64,000 nucleotides of DNA, from contig CAWJTV010000011.1 in assembly GCA_963845755.1 (NCBI GenBank), positions 1,376,001-1,440,000 on the forward strand, in the 5' to 3' direction. Below the pieces are notes generated by a model. That model was not told the DNA's origin. It did no database searches and saw nothing but the letters and a program-made list of their open reading frames with translations. The position numbers and the translations under genes are program-made. The stretch's first letter is position 1; each line of letters opens with the position of its first letter. This document shows, one piece after another, positions 58,996-64,000 of the stretch. The stretch is from an uncultured Planctomycetota bacterium. GTDB taxonomy: Bacteria > Planctomycetota > Planctomycetia > Isosphaerales > Isosphaeraceae.

Positions 58996-59592
58996 GAGGA
59001 CTCGGCCCCGCCCTTTGAGGCGGGCCATGACGACGGATGTACTCGACGGGCCGGTCCCGCAGGGGTCGTTTACAAGAACCGACACTCGAGCTTCGGCCAG
59101 ATGACCCTCACCGCAATGGTCCCGATCGTCAACATCGCGTTGCCTGGCGACAACAGACATGTCCCAGGGTCTGCCCCATCGCCCTATCGTCTATGAAAAG
59201 CGGGCGGGACTGGCTCGTGATGAGGCGGGAGTGTCCGGCCAGCCCAACGACATCGATCGCTCTTGGGTGTAAAGAGCAATTCGGTGAAACCCCGTCAGCC
59301 GTGGCGATCGTGTGCCTCCACGATCGGCCACGGCATGATCCTCTACAGATCCCCCCGAGCCCCACGATTGCCCTGGTGCCATTCTGGCTGATCCGCGCGC
59401 GACGAGCATGGTCCATCGAGGCGGCCTTTCCTGTTGCGGGGACAGGGCCTGTCAGACACTGTTCCTTCACAGGAAAGGCCCCTCAACACTCAGGCCATCC
59501 TCTTGTCGAGGCGGCCGACTCGAGCTCACTCCTGAGCGAGAACTTTGGGAAAAGGGCTGAAACTCGTGGCATCGTCGCGATTGCACACCTTC

Positions 59593-61368
<1,776 letters not shown>

Positions 61369-61483
61369 GTCCATCATTCTCCTCAAGGTGTTAGAAAGAC
61401 GTAAGGATTTTGCCGCTTCTGTCCGCCGCAGACCCGGATGGGTGGCTCTGCTCAAACCTTCCGCCAGGGCAGGAGGTCGCTCA

Positions 61484-61903
61484 TCATCTCACGAACAGCT
61501 CCCAGAGTCCCAGGAGGCCGATGACCGCGATCAGCATGGCCACCGTGACGCTCAATGGCCACGGACTCAAGACCGGTGATTCCCCACGCCGGAGCCTTCG
61601 TAGCGTGAGCCAATGAGACAAACCCGCGAGCAACGCCCCGACAATCCCCAGGAGGAGCAGCGCCGTGCCCATGCGAATCGCACCGCGATGCAACCGAAAG
61701 CTCTCGGAACTCGGCGACTTTTCCTCGATCGAGCGGAAGAACGCGACCATGCCGAAGCCAAAGCTTGCCATGGCCAGGGTCGTCCTGACCCAGGCGAGTG
61801 TCGTCCGGTCCAGGGCTAGCTGGGTCCGGTAACTCGCCATGCTGGTCCGCTGTCGCGCCAGATTTATGCGGGGATCGTCGGAATTCGGCGTTGACTCGCT
61901 CAT
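61484..61903 (-). CDS. YidH/DUF202 family membrane protein
   Basis: LALDRTTLAWVRTTLAMASFGF plus three hydrophobic helices. Confidence 0.85.
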   Translation of the reverse strand: MSESTPNSDDPRINLARQRTSMASYRTQLALDRTTLAWVRTTLAMASFGFGMVAFFRSIEEKSPSSESFRLHRGAIRMGTALLLLGIVGALLAGLSHWLTLRRLRRGESPVLSPWPLSVTVAMLIAVIGLLGLWELFVR

Positions 61904-62196
61904 GGGTGGTCCGTTTCGTGCGGGGCCTGGCCCTTCTTGCTCTTGTGTTCCAGGTATTTCCGACTCGCCTCCAACCCCTCGATGACGTGCGGCAGGGCTT
62001 CGAGGATGCTGAAGATCCCGATGATGAGGATGCCGTGACCGACGCGAAGATGCCCATGTGCGATGTCTTCTCGAAACGTGCGCGCGGCCTCGGTCAGGCC
62101 GATCAAGACCAGCGCGATCCCCTTCACCAGGTTGGTGACGGGATTCTCGACGAACGAAGTGATGGCACGTGCGATCTGATTCCAGCGGTCGTTCAT
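61900..62196 (-). CDS. Small membrane protein
   Basis: ATG 62196 (MNDRWNQIA), two hydrophobic segments (VKGIALVLIGL; VGHGILIIGIF); its stop overlaps the next ATG. Confidence 0.7.
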   Translation of the reverse strand: MNDRWNQIARAITSFVENPVTNLVKGIALVLIGLTEAARTFREDIAHGHLRVGHGILIIGIFSILEALPHVIEGLEASRKYLEHKSKKGQAPHETDHP

Positions 62197-62284
62197 CAGA
62201 CTATCCCGTCGTTCCTTTCTGGCCTGGCCCGCGCCGAGGGCCTGGGTCGAAGTACCCAAGGTCCAGCACGAGATCGAACCAACG

Positions 62285-63362
62285 TCACTGTGTGCCCAGG
62301 CGCGCCTTTCGGCTCGCCAACTCCGCTTGCCACCGTGCCGCGATTGATGACTCCGACGGGCGTGCTGTCCGGCGTCGAGTTCTCGGTCACGTCGATGTAC
62401 ATGGCCGCGGACGCATCGGCCGAGAGCTGCGATCTGGGGAGGAGCGTGAGCCGTCCGACGGTGTGAAATGGAGCTTGCGTTTCCTTCCACTCGACGCTCG
62501 CGTTCTCGATCCAGAAGTCGGGGTCCCGACGTTTGCCCCAGTAGGTCATCTTCTCCGTATCGAGGAATTGAAGCCCGATGTCGAAGGAACTCATCGTGAT
62601 GTCTTCGTTCAGGTGCCGAACCAGTTCGTCTTGCAGGGCGTTCGGATTGTTCGCCTGCAGGGGCCGTGCGGGATTACCTGCGCACGGCGAGGCCGAATAC
62701 TTCACGACGTCCGCCGCTCCGTGGCGGAACGGCACGTTGCTCCAATCGCGCAGTTGCTGATAGGGCCGAACCGGTTGCCGTGTCTGCAACCTGGCCTTCA
62801 TAATGGTTCGCGCGAATACGAGCTTGTCTCGAAATGGCAATGACCAGAGGACTCGGGCCGGACTCGACGCCGTGAGCATCTTCACCAAGACGACGAACGC
62901 GTGTAGGTCATTGATAGGGAGCGTGGTCGCGCTTTGCAGTGAAAGGTCCTGCCGTACGGTGTTCCCGCCGGGCGCCGCCAGGCCATCCGGCGCGAGATCG
63001 ACGGCGAATGACAACGCACGTACGTCGGTTTGATAATCGGATTTCACCTTCGGGTCCGAGTTGGAGAACCTCACCGTGGCGGGGTAGATACCGGGCGTGG
63101 CGTAGATGCCCTTGGCGAGCCTCGCCGCCAGCGCGGGATTGCGCCCCGCGGTGACGTCAAAGACCTCGAATTGAGCTCTCACACACACGCCTTTCGCGTG
63201 GCTCGCACGGCGGCGCGGTCCGTCTGGTCCCGCCGCGCGTGCCTGGAGCGCGAGAAACCCCTGAACGATCTCCGCGATCTGGGCCTCTTCGGTGGCCGGC
63301 TGGCGTTCCTGCGAGTGTCCGGTCAGGACGGACATGAGTGGGTCCTCCTCAGCCCTCGTCAT
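62285..63362 (-). CDS. Catalase-related heme protein; probable frameshift near 62340
   Basis: RRASHAKG, VRFSN, S.VPFRHG, IENASVEW.E. Removing one base gives P.G.INRARWQAELASRKARLGTQ* (TGA 62285-62287). Confidence 0.8.
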
Positions 63363-64000
63363 TTCAGGTTGGCGATGAACTTCGTTGCGGTGATGCTGGG
63401 CAAGAAGCAGTAGGCCACCGCACGCGTCGTGGTAAAGCTCGAAAAGCCCGCAATCTTGATCGGAGGGGCGCCACTCGCTTGCGGAATCACAAAAATGCTT
63501 TCCGCCGGGTCCTGAGTCCCGATGAGCGGGTCTTTCGCCTTGGGATTCAGCCGGACGGCTCCGGCGAATTCGCTGTCATTCACCCACTGGCTCAGCACGA
63601 ATTCATACTGGTTCTCGATATTCGAGTTGATGAAGTAGCCGAAGAGCCCGCGTTCGATTCCGTCGTACGGTTGCGTCGGATCGTAGGATGGGCCGTACGG
63701 GAGGCCGCGACGAATGAGCCGATGAGTGTTATTGCTGCCGCCGGTCTGTCCCTGGCCGCTGATGGGCTGTCCCCGCGGATTGATGCGGCGGATGTGCGCA
63801 CCGACCGGACAGCGCAGCCCTTTCGGATCTCCCGACCCGTCGGGGTTCACGTACTCAAAATTGTTCAGTTGGTCCGGCGAGATTCCAGCCGGTGGGCTAT
63901 CCGTGTCCAGGGAGAGCGCCAGAGGAACGCCGTTGCGCCATCGTCCGCACATCTTGGCGGCGAGCAGCTCCGGATCGATGCGGTCCTGATTCGACTGCAA
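63359..64000 (-). CDS. DyP-type peroxidase, C-terminal part (5' end outside the window)
   Basis: AAKMCGRW..G.PL, CPVGAHIRRINPR, HRLIRRGLPYG, QYEFV..QW and Y.FLPS. ATGA overlap with the catalase-like gene. Confidence 0.88.
   Translation of the reverse strand: MQSNQDRIDPELLAAKMCGRWRNGVPLALSLDTDSPPAGISPDQLNNFEYVNPDGSGDPKGLRCPVGAHIRRINPRGQPISGQGQTGGSNNTHRLIRRGLPYGPSYDPTQPYDGIERGLFGYFINSNIENQYEFVLSQWVNDSEFAGAVRLNPKAKDPLIGTQDPAESIFVIPQASGAPPIKIAGFSSFTTTRAVAYCFLPSITATKFIANLK

Overview
GC-rich bacterial DNA. The gene content (ECF sigma factors with long C-terminal extensions, DUF4058, a LEPR-XLL-type leader, TPR Ser/Thr kinases, a sulfatase) points to a planctomycete, probably Isosphaeraceae; this is an inference. 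Many genes are split by single-base frameshifts, most likely long-read indel errors, so I rebuilt gene models across frames and some ends are approximate. The core of the window is two related minus-strand clusters, each built on a Zn-ribbon TRAFAC-type GTPase and a GAP1-N2-like protein. Cluster 1 (about 10.2-33.8 kb, 10 genes) combines a membrane-anchored GTPase, a TerY-P-like set (kinase, vWA, pseudo-vWA-PP2C), a GAP1-TM-propeller protein, an exported protein with BON-like repeats, and two membrane proteins ending in degenerate FHA plus Zn ribbon. Direct copies of a ~150-bp palindromic element bracket it. Cluster 2 (48.8-56.4 kb, 4 genes) is GTPase, GAP1, a large helical TM protein and a GYF_2-DUF4190 protein. 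Between them lie a TPR-CHAT protease, two Ser/Thr kinases and a second GYF_2 protein. The flanks hold a multiheme cytochrome, an FHA-GAF-SpoIIE phosphatase, two ECF sigmas, TrmH, an arylsulfatase, DUF202, a catalase-like protein and a DyP peroxidase. I saw no rRNA, tRNA, CRISPR array or intact transposase. Domain names come from motif recognition, not database searches.
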